Shown here: one piece after another, positions 37,755-50,280 of the stretch
Layout of the letters: the number at the start of each line of letters is the position of its first letter
Position numbering within the stretch: position 1 is the first letter of the stretch
DNA from: Octopus bimaculoides
Lineage: Eukaryota
Direction of reading: 5' to 3'
DNA length: 64,000 bases
Assembly (NCBI RefSeq): GCF_001194135.2
Contig: NC_068990.1
Coordinates: 1,181,826-1,245,825 of the forward strand
The notes under the pieces: model-generated
Databases searched by the model: none
What the model was told of the DNA's origin: nothing
Seen by the model: only the letters and a program-made list of their open reading frames with translations
Position numbers and translations under genes: made by a program

Positions 37755-39005
37755 TACAAGGGCGTGCTGAAAAGTTCATAGGATGACTATGAAAGAGTAA
37801 TGCTAGAGCTGTGAAATGTTGCATGTGTTAATGTCAACATTTCTTATTAGTCACTGCATTGCTTCTTTTCCGGTAAATTGATATCTGACTTCAAAGAACA
37901 CTTCAAAAGTAACTGGTAGCAACTTCTCTTGAAAACAAACAAAATTTGGTATCATGTTGTTATCAAGTAACTGCAGAAAAAGGGTTCAGCCCCCGAGGAC
38001 ATTCATGCTGATACAGTTGCTATGTTAGGGAATGTGCTCCAGCTTTATCAATGGTGCAAAAGTAGGTGGTTGTATATTGGAGGGGAAGGGAGAGTCTTGA
38101 AGATGACCCAAGGTCTGGAGATCATGCAACTGCCACCACTGAGGAAAACATTGGTTGTGTTCACCACATACTGATGGATGACAGGGCATTGACAATACAT
38201 CAAATAGCCAATGCTATTAGCATATCCCATGAGAGAATGAAGAATATTCTGCACAATGAACTTGGTATTACAAAGGTTTCTGCATGGTGGGTGCCACATT
38301 TTCTGACACCCGTTCAAAAATGCACCAAGCTGATCAAATCATTGGAAAATCTGACATTGTTTGAAGCAGATCCAGCTGGTTTCCTTGAATGTTTCCTAAA
38401 TCAGGATAAGTGTTAGATTCATCACTTTAGACCATAAACAAAGAAACAATCCATGCAGTGGAAATGCCCCTCCTCACCTGCTTCGAAGAAGGCCAATACT
38501 GTTTCATCTGCAGGAAAGGTGAGAGCTTCAGTCTTTTGGGGATGTAAAAAGCATTTTGTTCATTGACTATCTTAAAAAGGGCCACACCATCAATGGAGAG
38601 TACTATGCCAACTTGCTGAGACAATTACAAAAGGCTATCATGACCAAACTGATAAAAACTGTCTTGTTTCATTAAGACAATACCCCAGCATACAAGTCCT
38701 TGGTTTCAATGACCGCTTTGCATGACTGTGACTTTGAACTGGTTGATCAGTCTCCCTGTTCTCCTGATTTAGCCCTATCTGACTATCATCTGTTCCCCAA
38801 CATGAAAAAATACTTGGCTGAGAACCAGTATCGCAGTCGTATCTACTGTTGATGACATTTTGGACCAACGGGATCCAAGCACTGCAACACCGGTGGAAAA
38901 TGTGTATGGACCACGAGGAGGACTATGTTGCAAAATAAATCGCATTTGGTCACATTCCATGAGAGTATCTTGGTCAGCCTGTGAACTTTTTAACTGACCT
39001 TTGTA
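37755..39005 (+). mobile_element. Full-length decayed mariner (about 1.25 kb) in the CFAP65-like intron
   Basis: TIRs tacaagggcgtgctgaaaagttcatagg and cctgtgaactttttaactgacctttgta, with TA on both sides. Transposase remnants include EDDPRSG, WVPHFLT, QDKC (D1), DNTPAYKS (D2) and SPDLALSDYHLFP (D3). Multiple stops and frameshifts. Confidence 0.92.
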
Positions 39006-39508
39006 TACTAGCAGAAAACTGCATAGGACCCATCAACTAGGTGCAGAAAATTGCATAAGAATCATCAATTAAATGAGGAGCACACAAAGGTCTCCATTGC
39101 AGAGACTCAAGTGACAATGTCACAGTTCATTTCAAATAACTTCAATTTCCTAGTTTTGCCATGACCACCACCACATCATCAGGGCAAACAATTCTGGTTG
39201 CTGGTTTACACCTTGAAGGGTTCTGTTTCACCCATGGTCAGCTTTATGTTGGATGTTCGCTTTCCTCCTCTTTCTCTCTATATAACACATTCTCTCTCGT
39301 TTTCCTCTGTATTTTTATATCTCTCACATATGTTGCTCCCCTCCTTCTCTCTTGATTTCACATGTAATTACTTTCACTTTGCTTTCATTTTGTGAGACAA
39401 CTATCATGCAGAAAATGCTAGCTTTCAAATCCTCTTTTCTGATTGGGTAAAAATGATCAAACTTTAAACATCTGCAACATATTTCTAAAATTTTTCCAGA
39501 ATAAATAT

Positions 39509-39573
39509 AGGATTAGGATTAGGGAATTCCGTCCCTAACTGTAACCCTAACACTAACCCTAAACCCCTAATCC
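39509..39573. repeat. Interstitial telomere-like repeats in head-to-head arrangement
   Basis: ggattaggattaggg-aattccgt-ccctaactgtaaccctaacactaaccctaaacccctaatcc. More CCCTAA-like units at 39849-39869. Confidence 0.6.
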
Positions 39574-41796
39574 TGATACTAAAACTGTTATATGGACTGT
39601 TGGATTTATTGTTCATCTGAGGTCCCGTGTTTCAATGTGGTTCGTCTGAGTTCCTTGTTTTCATTGTTGTTTTGAATGACTGTGGAAGTCAAAGGTTATT
39701 GATATATATGGCGAGGACATGATTCTTGTTTATTAATAACGAACATTCGGTGAGTGCGTTCTTTGTAATTAAATAATAAATGTAATAACTATATTGTACA
39801 ACTCGTTGTCTTTTCTCTGCGAGTCTCCCGAGAGGAATACAACAAAAAACCCTAACCTTAACACCCTAGTGAAGATCATGTAGGTGTTACGGAAAAGGCC
39901 GATCTTTCAGGACAGCCAGTAATGAAAATTTGAAGCACTGTACAACATGCAAAAAAGAAAAAAAAAATGTGAAAACGACGTTCAGAATTGTGAAAAGTAT
40001 GAAACATTTTGTTGCAGAAGAATGTGATGCAAGGCTGAGTAAAATAGTGCATATCAAGAGAGAGAGAATCATGTGAATGTATATGGGACAGGTATGTGTT
40101 TGAGTGAGTCCAAATAGTGTAGTATCACTTTGCCTGATTCGAGTGAGTCTGAATAATGTAAGTGCAACATATGCAGTCTTTGCATGACTAAGTCAGCATG
40201 AGTGAGCGTCGTGTGAGTAAGCATTTGTGTGAGTGCGTATACATGAGTAATAGACTGTGCAGCTGCAGAATAAGCTGAGGCAAGTGAGTGAGTGCATTCT
40301 CAATCCATGAGATGTGAAATTTTTCAAGCAAGTATGCATGAAGTGTGAAATGCCTTGAAAATGGTGCTGAGGCAAAACGTATCTGGCACTGTGGTTGTGG
40401 ACATTTGCTGTTGTTAGCAAGAATGACACAGTGTGGCATGCTGGAACGTAGCAAGAAACAAGCAACTCTATATATACGTGACCAGCCTAGGGTCTTACAG
40501 AAGTGAGTTGTGTCTAGAACAAGGGCACAGAGAGCATGAAACATCCGAGAGAGAAGTGTGTGGATTCGGTTTTGAATCTCAGCAGGTAGGGCCAAATAAG
40601 CTCCTACAGTAGTATATTGGCTCTACTTTATTTCATAAATATCTGCCATAAAGGCACTGCAAAGAGGAGGACGAACAAGGACAGACAAACATAAAAGGGG
40701 TGAAGTAGCTATATCGATTAAATATTTACAATCTTAAATATACAATAATAATTTGATTATATTTACAATGTTCGATTAAAGCATTGCTCATTACAGATGC
40801 AATTTGTAATGGCTTTCCTGAAGGATAGGCATCCGACCAGCATTGGCTCTACTTGCCAAACTGATGTATTCGTGTGTAGTGAGAGGTCAAGCAAATCAGA
40901 AATCCAAGGTTTGAAATCCTGAGCTTGAGCCAGAATTTCAAGAAACGAACGAACTAATTACTAAGTAAACATATTTCTACAAAAAAAAAAAATGGACTAA
41001 ATTGAGTTAAATAAGTCTTCTAGAGCCCAAATTTATCATAGAGTCATTGTATTGAGAATGTTGTTTATTCCCTCTCACTGTTTTAACATGTGGAAAATAA
41101 CATGATTTCAAGACCCCTGCTGCTGCCCCATAGATTTTTGAGTTAAAGGGTACTAAGAAATTAGCTGAAAGAAATTTATCTTTCCTCTAGTACTCTGTTG
41201 TAATTATGGCCTAAATACTTAGTGCCTCATATTGTTTTCTCTGGTGAAATGCCCTCTTCAAAAATGTAAATCTTCAGCTTATCACAAAGTGCATCAACAA
41301 ATACCTTTCTTGAGTTGATAAGGAAGCTACTGTCAGACACATTATCTGTCAGAAATAGCAGCTAAATTCTCTTAAGCTACATCCTACCATCTTAAAACAA
41401 ATGGATATGATTAGAACATAATGAGCAATGCAGTCTTAGTCAAGAGATGGTGATACCTGTGACATGGGTTTTTTAGTGACACATGATGGACTTTACAAAA
41501 AATAAAAAAATGAAAATAAATAAATAAATGTTCCCTGCATTATCATGCTAGAAAAAGGTTTTGCCAAGTGCTAAAATTCATCTATGTTCATATCACTCCA
41601 ATAACAGCATTTGCTCAACTAAAAGTACTAGAGGCTTTTAATCACAGAGCTGCACAATTAGAGTACACCTGATACAAAATACAATTCCCCACCACCAACA
41701 GCATATGTTTTATTTATTCATTTCATTGCTTATATTTCCATTTTGATTCTTGTCTATACAAACTGCTACTTTCCTACTGATTTTGTAATGCATTAA

Positions 41797-42016
41797 CCCT
41801 TTAGCATCCAGATTGCTCTGTCATATGTAATGCTCATTTATTCACTTTGTTTTCAATTAATCATGCATCATCTCATGTCTTCAAGATTTCAATGATGTGA
41901 TTGTATATTTTTGCTATGACATTGTAAGGGAGGTGTGAGAGGTCAAATCTGATCAGTTTGGACATGAAACAAGTACAATATTTGGGTTGGATATGGCCAG
42001 CCTAAATGCTCAAGGG
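41797..42016. mobile_element. piggyBac-type MITE, 220 bp
   Basis: TTAA|CCCTTTAGCAT ... ATGCTCAAGGG|TTAA: TTAA target duplication on both sides and CCC/GGG termini. Confidence 0.85.
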
Positions 42017-44227
42017 TTAAGGAATACAAAGGACTTTGTCTGAGATGTTAGAATTTACTTCTTCCCCAAAACAATCGATTTTATTCTGCACTGATGCAGA
42101 CCAGTAATCGTGTTTCCTCCTGTCTGTTTTTGTGTTCAATAGACCAGTTCACTTTGCTATAAGTACAATAGGATGAACTATTAACAGCTGCAGATAGTGG
42201 CAGCACTGTTTAATTGATAGGTTGTTAATCTAACTTGCATCTGGGAGTTAATCTCATTCAGTGGCCCTTCTGTTCATACTCTATGTCAGAAAGGTTGATG
42301 ATTAAAATTACTCATTGGTAGATGTTTCTCAAAAGGAACATTTAATGTAATTTCACAAAAATTGTCTGATAATAGATGACTACATAAGAAGAACTAGATG
42401 ATTGTTTTGTATTTTTAGTGTATTCATTCTCTACACTTCTTCAATACCTTCTCCTGTTTCTGTAAGGTGCAGTCAACAATATAAAAGACGCTGTGCTACC
42501 AATGCCATTTTCCCTATTGTTCCCTATCCATGTCAAGGCCTACAATTTCACTAAATTTAATATGACAGCATCCAGCTAAATCCTCATTAACTGGAGAAAT
42601 GTATGTTTTTTGCAAAGTTTGTCCTGTCTGTATTTCAGTTATTTTCCAGGACTCCAAACACAATATTTTATAGCATGTGTCTTTGTAATATATTATTAGC
42701 ATGTTGTCTTTGCTTTTTTCGTTTTTGCTGCTATGGTTTATATGAAATTTTCTTGTGTAAATTACTTCCATATTTTAAGAGTAATTTTATGTTCAATTAG
42801 TAATCACTAAATGAGAATTTGAACTAGATTAAAATATTGTCCATAAGCTGGTTTTATTTTTTGCTTTTCTTTTCTGTTTATATTCTGTATTTTCTTTATT
42901 CTTGTTTTCTTTAATTTTTTTTTTTTTGCTGCTTCTACTTTGTAAATTATTGACAATAACTTGTTGCACACATTTTATTTACTGATCTTGCATGTAATTG
43001 AATAATTATTAGTTTGAACAGAGGAAAATAAAGTAAAAAAAAAATGCATTTTTTAATTTCTTTTTTTCTGTTGCAAACAGTGATGTCATTATTTATTTTT
43101 ATATAAAAACAAAAATTAAAAAAAACTTTTCTCTTGTAAAAATATATTATTTTCTGTTTTCCTTAAAAATGTAATCATGCTATGAAGGAGAGGGAACACC
43201 CTCTGTCAAGTTTGAAAAATATCACTTGCTTTGGCTTGTGCAGCTCGATGCGTTACGTTGGCCAAGTCATAAATCTTTAGAGTTATCTGTAGGATTTTAG
43301 ATTAAAACATCATCATTATATCTGTGCAAATTACAGTTAAGAATTTATTGCACTAAAAAATTGATAAACTCAGAAACTAATTTCAACTTTAGGGTAAAAA
43401 GTAAATAAATAAACACAGCAAAAAAAAAATGTAAAATTTTTTTTTATTTTCTTCTGAATGTTTAAAAACATATTAAGATGAATGTAAGCAATATTGAACA
43501 TGGAAAATTATTACGAAAGAAAAGAAATGTAAAGAAAATAATTAGAATAATAGCAAAACCTTTTCCTTCTGAATGGAAAAAAAAAAGCATATAAAAATTA
43601 AAAACATGTACAACCTGTCCTCAATATCAAAACAAAGCAAAACCATACAAACAAGTAACAAAAAAGGCTCAAAAACCCAACAAAACAAAAAATACAAATT
43701 GGACAGAAATGATGATCTACTATTTTGAAATAATAATGCATTATTGGTAATTTAAAAAAAAATATCTTATGATTATCTATAATTACATAATATAGGATTA
43801 TTGTTATTAAAAATTTGATTGGCAAAAAAATGATAATTTTGTAGAAATAGATGACTCTCCAACTGTATGACTTCTTAGGACTTAGGGTTTTGTGTTTCAC
43901 TGGAATCTGGGTTCAGTTCCTATTATAATCTGCTTCACTCTTTGTACACTGATGTTGATAGAATTAGTGGTAGTAAAATATTTGGTTCCATTCAATTGAT
44001 CTAAGCCTCACTTTGAGAACTAATTTGTCCTTAAGCTTATTTCTTCTTTTACTTGTTTCAGTTGTTATTGAATTACAGCCATGCTGGGGCACTGCTTTGA
44101 AAAGTACACTCAAGCAAAGCAACCCCAGTATTATATATCCATTATAACCAAGCTTGCCATTTGGTTTTGCACTAGGGGTTCAATGGATTGCCTTATTACG
44201 TAACCCTGTACTCTTCAGAGGTAGCCG

Positions 44228-44287
<60 letters not shown>

Positions 44288-44772
44288 ATATAAGGATCAA
44301 AGGTCCTTCCCAAGCCATAGGCACATAAGGCTTGTTTCCTGGATTCTGGAGTGTATACATTCCCTGCTGGATGGTATGCTAGTGTTTCAATTTTGCCAAC
44401 TGATTGGAGAGCTGTGCCAGGCTCTGTCTGTCTGTTTTGGCATTGTTTCTATGGCTGGATGCCCTTTCTAATGCCAACGACTTTACAGAGTATACTGGGT
44501 GCTTTTCATTTGGCCTGTAGTATATATCTATATTACATACATGCATACATATACATACATACATACATACATTATGGGTGGGAGCAACAAGAAAGTTACT
44601 CTATCCCGTGAGAGATAAATACCATTTAATATACAGAAGCTTTAAATGTGAGCTTCTATATTTTTCATGCTTCTGATAGTACTATAGTTGGATGAGCTTG
44701 TATAGCATGCCATGTATTATGAAAAACATAAAATTTATAGGAACTCACACTTAAATCCTCTGTATATATATA

Positions 44773-44990
44773 TCATCATCATCGTTTAATATTCGCTTTC
44801 CATGCTAGCATGGGTTGGACGATTTGACTGAGGACTGGCAAAGCAGATGGCTACTTCAGACTCCAATCTGATTTGGCAGAGTTTCTACAGCTGGATGCCC
44901 ATCGTAACGCCAACCACTCCGAGAGTGTAGTGGGTGATTTTTACATGCCACCAGCACGAGGGCCAGTCTGGCGGTACTGGCAACGGCCAT
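44773..44990 (-). mobile_element. Abundant retroposon 3' tail with (GAT)n end (RTE-type or associated SINE)
   Basis: catcatcatcgtttaa..ccatgctagcatgggttggacgatttgactgaggactgg..ctggatgccc..gccaaccac. A near-identical copy is at 19801-19958, with others at about 24700-24850 and 44330-44510, and in the opposite orientation at about 5540-5660, 9400-10115, 45040-45130 and 59460-59715. Confidence 0.75.
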
Positions 44991-45742
44991 ATATATACTA
45001 ACTTAAAAAGCTCCTGTGGAGGGCTCTTCATTCTGCCAAATCAGAATGGAACCTGAAGCAGCTCCCCAGCTTACCAGTTTTCAAACTGTCCAAAGTATGC
45101 CAGCAAGGAAAATGGACATTAACTGATGATGATATATATACATACATATATGTGTGTGTATGTATGTTTGTATATATATATATATATATATATATAGCCT
45201 TAGTCACAATTAGTGACAATTGAATTTTTCCTTTTTGGTTTTATACTACATATAACAGCCTTCGTTATTTTATATACATATATATATAATATGAGAAGTT
45301 TTGTCATAAAAGTATATTGTATTTTGACAGAATAATACTATTTAGGTGCATTATGGTTTTTGCAACCTCAATCTTCTGAATTTGAGCCACCTGCATGGCA
45401 TCAAGAACAAATATAATTTTCTGTAGCCTCAAACTGACCCATAAAGTAGATAGAAATTTTATAGAAACCTATTGATTGGATTGTCCCTATACTTCTAAAT
45501 GCCATACAGTTTCTGCCTGAGAAATATGTTAAAAGTCCATGTTTTCAGAATGCCAAAACACTTAAATCTTTATTCCATGGCAGGTTATACAGGTGATCAA
45601 ACAGCTGAATCCTCATTATCAAATGACAGGGATCTACCTGTTTTATTTCCTAACAATATTGTACTTTGCTAAAAATTTTCCATAACTGTTTTATATTTTG
45701 TGAGAATATATATGTTTCTTTTTCCTAAATTCTCTTATTCAG

Positions 45743-45881
45743 ATTGCCAGAAACGAAATTCTTCTTAACACCCTATCCCAAGACCATCAGCCTTAGCACT
45801 GGCACATCCTTTTATCTGCCAGTTACATTCCATCCACTAGAAGAGAGAGAATACAAAGACAAGATAAAGTTCTCTTCAAAT
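45743..45881 (+). CDS. CFAP65: CFAP65/CCDC108-like coding exon (next exon, 139 nt)
   Basis: Acceptor ttctcttattcag| and donor AAT|gtatgt. The first base completes GA|A = Glu from the previous exon, then reads LPETKFFLTPYPKTISLSTGTSFYLPVTFHPLEEREYKDKIKFSSN. This resembles the remembered human continuation PPKTKFFFTVIPQPIFLSPGITLTLPIVFRPLEAKEYMDQLWFEK. Confidence 0.88.
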
Positions 45882-46524
45882 GTATGTATTATATTAAAGT
45901 GGTTCCATTAACTATTTGTCAAATTACAAAGAATTAGAATTTCATTGGACTAAACATGCATATTCATGTATTTATTTTACTTTCATCTGTCGTTTTCTCT
46001 TTTGAGTTTCTTTTTTATGACATTGTAAATTAAACAGTAAATAAATCTTCTTGTATTGGTCTGAGTCATGGGGTATCTACCGTCACCATCTACAACCTCT
46101 ACCAGCACTTCTACCAGCACTGCCTCTGCATCATCTTCATCATCTACAGAATTTATTTTAATTTTCTACCACCATTGAAATCCCCAAACATGTGGGAGTT
46201 AACAGTGTAGAAGCCCTTATAGCTGCTCTTATAGCAACCTTATAGCTGCTGGACAGGGAACTTTTCTAGAATGGAGAATTAGTGCCTTCCCAATATTGGA
46301 CTGTATAGCAAACCATGCACTGTCCCTTGTAGAAGAAGGGCACCAAAGAAAAGCACAAGGGCAGGAATGTAGCTGGTGGGGCAAGTGAGGATATCAGTTT
46401 GCCCCATGCAATGCTTTTATTGGGGCAGCACTTTTGGGTCTTCTATATAAGCCAGTATAAACAGGTGGGTGGGTGGGTGGAGAACGAGGGGAGGATAAAC
46501 TCAGTGGATCCTCGTTTTGATGAT

Positions 46525-46590
46525 GTTGATAATGAGTATACTTGTTGTTGATAATGAGTATACTTGTTGTTGATAATGAGTATACTTGTT
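46525..46590. repeat. Three perfect tandem copies of a 22-bp unit
   Basis: (gttgataatgagtatacttgtt)x3. Confidence 0.92.
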
Positions 46591-46662
46591 GTTTGATTAA
46601 CTGAAATATCTACTAATTAACTTATAAGTGGCTGAGTATTATACTAATACTTGCATCTTTGA

Positions 46663-46882
46663 TCTTTTAGCACTCAGATTACTCTGCCAGATGTAATGTT
46701 TATTAAGTCACTGTGTCTTGAATTAATAATACGTTATCTTGCAGTTTCAAGATTTGTATGATGTGATTCCTTATTTTTAATGCGGCATTGTAGGATAGGT
46801 ATGGGAGGCTGGATCTGGCCAGTTTCAGCATAAAACAGGTAGAATATTTTAGCTGGATATGGCTGGTTTAAATGCTAAAGGG
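46663..46882. mobile_element. piggyBac-type MITE, same family and orientation as 41797
   Basis: cttttagcactcagattactctg ... aaatgctaaaggg|ttaa. Confidence 0.8.
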
Positions 46883-47336
46883 TTAAAGTAATCCTCTGGC
46901 AAACAATGTGTGATGAGCTTGCCCTATTTAATTATAATTACAGTCTGCTCTACATGCTTCTGCACAGTTTCTGTCTCTTATTGTATTATAGTGCAAGTGG
47001 TTGAATATACCACAGACACAAGTCTCATAAAACTCAGTAAGATACAGTGTATGATTATTTATAACAAGGCTGAGGTCACAGTGCAGTTCATATGATGGTC
47101 TTACATATCATTTTCATCTACGCAGTTCAACTCACAAAGTTTGGCTGGACTAGAGCTTACTTGTCCATGGTGTTAAGCAGTGGAATCAAGCTTAGGCATT
47201 CATGATTGTGAAGCAAACTCTCTAATTATTCAATCATACTTACACCATTTGTTATTGCACAACATTCAGTACTTTGCAGTATTGACAATGAAAAAGTACT
47301 GTTGACAATATCAACACTGTTGAAATTGTTCCACCC

Positions 47337-47498
47337 CAGGCTTAGTAGTAATATAGGCCTCCAGGCAAATCAATGTATCAGGCCCTATAATATTTATAGA
47401 CAGCAAGTCACATCATATATAAAAATCAGAATTGGACCCCTAGACCCACGAGGCCTCTGGGCAGCTACCCAGTGTATGCATGGTTTAAGACAGCACTG
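47337..47498. mobile_element. Possible PIF/Harbinger-like MITE remnant
   Basis: Right end gggcagctacccagtgtatgcatggtttaagacagcactg resembles Harbinger MITE termini. The left end is degenerate. Confidence 0.3.
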
Positions 47499-48789
47499 GT
47501 TCCATCCACTTCTGCAAACTAGTAAGCTGTTGAATCACCACCAAGGACTAGCTTACTAACATTCTCATCCCTCCCAATTTTCCTCTATTCTTTGACTGTT
47601 TGTGATTTTCATGCTGGTCCATTCTTTTAGCTCTTTCACTTTCTGTGTGTTCTTCATCCTCAAAATGTTCATCAAAACCATGGCTTTAACAAAACTTTTG
47701 AGATTTTGATACAGACCTATGTCATGTCAGTTTGCAATCTTTTAAATGCTCTGCATTTAAAATTCTGACTGAAGTTGCAAACAAGAATTGATTAAATGAT
47801 TAATAATAATTTTAACAATACAATTAATGCAATTTATCTCATCCTCTCATCTTCAATAAATTCATATATAACTCAAAGCTAATATTTTGATTGTGAAATG
47901 CCTTCTTCAAAGCTTAGAAAAACAATAGCAATGAATGAAGAAACTACAATGGGGAAACAAATGGTCTGAAGCTGTCATTCTGCCAGACAGTCTATGACCC
48001 AACCATCCGTATTTTGTTCACATTCCAGCCTTCTGGGCAATGGAAAATCCTAGACAAGCTTCTTGTGTGAAGATTTTTACCCGTGTTGAACGATATCGTA
48101 TTCTAGTTCAAATGTAAAAATCCAACTTAAAATATCATTTGCTGTGATTCTTTATCTTTCTCTCTTGAGTTTCTGGAATGTAATGGCAGAATCTTTATCA
48201 TATTGGGCAAAATGCTTTGCAGCATTTTGTTTTTCCTGGCACTTTATATTCCGAGTTCAAATTCTGCTGATGTTGACTTTACCTTTCATCCTTTTTGGGT
48301 TGATAAAATAGAGTATCAGTCAAGTACAAGTGGTAGGATGATGTAATTGACTTATTCCTGCCCCTCAAAAATTACTGGCCTTGTGCCAAAAATTAGAAAC
48401 AAAGTAGTTGTATTTCCTACTAGAATAAATGCCATAGCTGTCACTTTTGAGTGAGTATGGCCTGGTAGCATGTATCATGCTTTTGCTAATTGCTTTAGGT
48501 ACCAGTGTAATCATGAGCAGACACAGACATACTTTTGGCCCTCCCACCCTTGATCCAATGGACCATCCAGAATGTGACAGTTGGATAAAGAGAAAGCTGT
48601 ACCAATACTAAACTACTACTCATTTTCTGTTGAATGGACTGAGAAATGAAGAACCTTGCCCAAGGACACAACAAGTTGCTTGGTCCAGAAATTGAATCCA
48701 CAAACTTATAATCATGAGAGCAATAGCTAAACCCTACACCACAACTGTACTTTTTGGTTTTCTTTGATTCATTTAATCATTTAGAATAA

Positions 48790-49510
48790 ACGCTTGTGTA
48801 CTGAGAGTGCTGCTCTACTCCATCTCTGAATGAAAGAGTGAATATCTCATCAGACAGTGAAGCAACTCTGAAGGTGTTTCAACCCCTTTCACCTTGATAC
48901 CAGAGCTGCTCAGGGTCACCCACAAATACGGGTGACAAAATTCCCACGAAACAGCATGAGCTTTGTTGAGTCAGATGTTGTAACTCTGGGCCAAATGTTT
49001 CTACCATCTGCAGTCCTTGTTCCTGCAACATTTCTCCTCTCCTTTGAGCCAGATGTAATGGCATGCTTTCTCAGTGGCTTCAGACAATTTTCTGGCAATA
49101 TCTTTTGTCTCCTTCATGGCCAGTCAAAGACATCTGAGCATCGACTGAATCCTGGCTCAACAAATAGCTCTAACACCTATACCTATAGGAAAGCATATTG
49201 CCCTTGATCCATTGTTTTCACAGAATTCAACCAACTCACTGTATTTTCTATTTTTCATGAGGAAAGTATATTCCATGTTCACTTCCAGGGAAACGTCGAC
49301 TCTATCATCTTTAGCACTTTACTTTCTTTGTGCCAGATGACATGGTCAGGTCTTTTAGCCATAAAAAGTGGGAAGTGATATTTACCAACAAAGTCAACAG
49401 AAACTTCCCAAGACCCCTCCCATTTTGGATCATTCTTCCTTACAATAGTTAGTTTGCAGTGTTCACCTTCTTAGCAAAACTTTGTCATCTGTTCTCCACT
49501 ACTTGTGATC
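48790..49510 (-). mobile_element. Hero-like (R2 group, RLE) non-LTR 3' fragment
   Basis: Minus-strand remnants WR.DKVL, KRPDHVIWHKESKVLKMIESTFPW, KYSELVEFCENNGSRAICFPIGIGVR and KLSEATEKACHYIWLK, followed by a UTR containing gttgaaacacc..ctgatga. These resemble the Hero C-terminus (RPDIVLWS..ELTVPWE..KY..LV..C...GW). Confidence 0.75.
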
Positions 49511-49988
49511 TTTTGCTGTTGTTAATATTATTTCAATTGCAAGAATTTTCATTTCAGCAGTAGAATATTGACTTTGGCTGTAGTAGGTGTAATTTCGATT
49601 GAATCAACAATAATTACTTTGCTTACATAATTGCATTCGAAACTACAGATTCATTGACTACACAAAATATTTCTCTGACTTCTTCATTGTGAATGTGGTT
49701 TAAATATTGAGTTCTTTCAAACATATTCCTCAGATAGTTTTCTTTTCTTCCTTATATTTCCAAAATTTTGATATCCCTTTGATTTCCTTCTAGAGTAAAA
49801 AGTATTTTATCTGACCTTTTGTTTTCCCTAACTGTGAAGGACGGAAATGTCAATGATTTGAAAGGAAGATCAAACAGAGTCATTTTTTTTTATAGATATT
49901 TCTAAGTTTTATGTTTGCACTTATATTAAAAAGCAGAACATAAGCAAGTTGAGATGCAAGAGTAATATGGCAGTAAAGACATCAACTG

Positions 49989-50036
<48 letters not shown>

Positions 50037-50218
50037 NNNNNNNNNNNNNNNNNNNNNNNNNNNNNNNNNNNNNNNNNNNNNNNNNNNNNNNNNNNNNNNN
50101 NNNNNNNNNNNNNNNNNNNNNNNNNNNNNNNNNNNNNNNNNNNNNNNNNNNNNNNNNNNNNNNNNNNNNNNNNNNNNNNNNNNNNNNNNNNNNNNNNNNN
50201 NNNNNNNNNNNNNNNNNN

Positions 50219-50280
<62 letters not shown>

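Noticed and set aside
39509-39573. True chromosome end-to-end fusion site
   Set aside because: Only a few degenerate units, inside an intron of an apparently continuous gene. A dispersed repeat is more parsimonious.
40188-40595. 135-aa minus-strand ORF
   Set aside because: No domain similarity that I recognise. It lies in GT-rich, probably TE-derived sequence.
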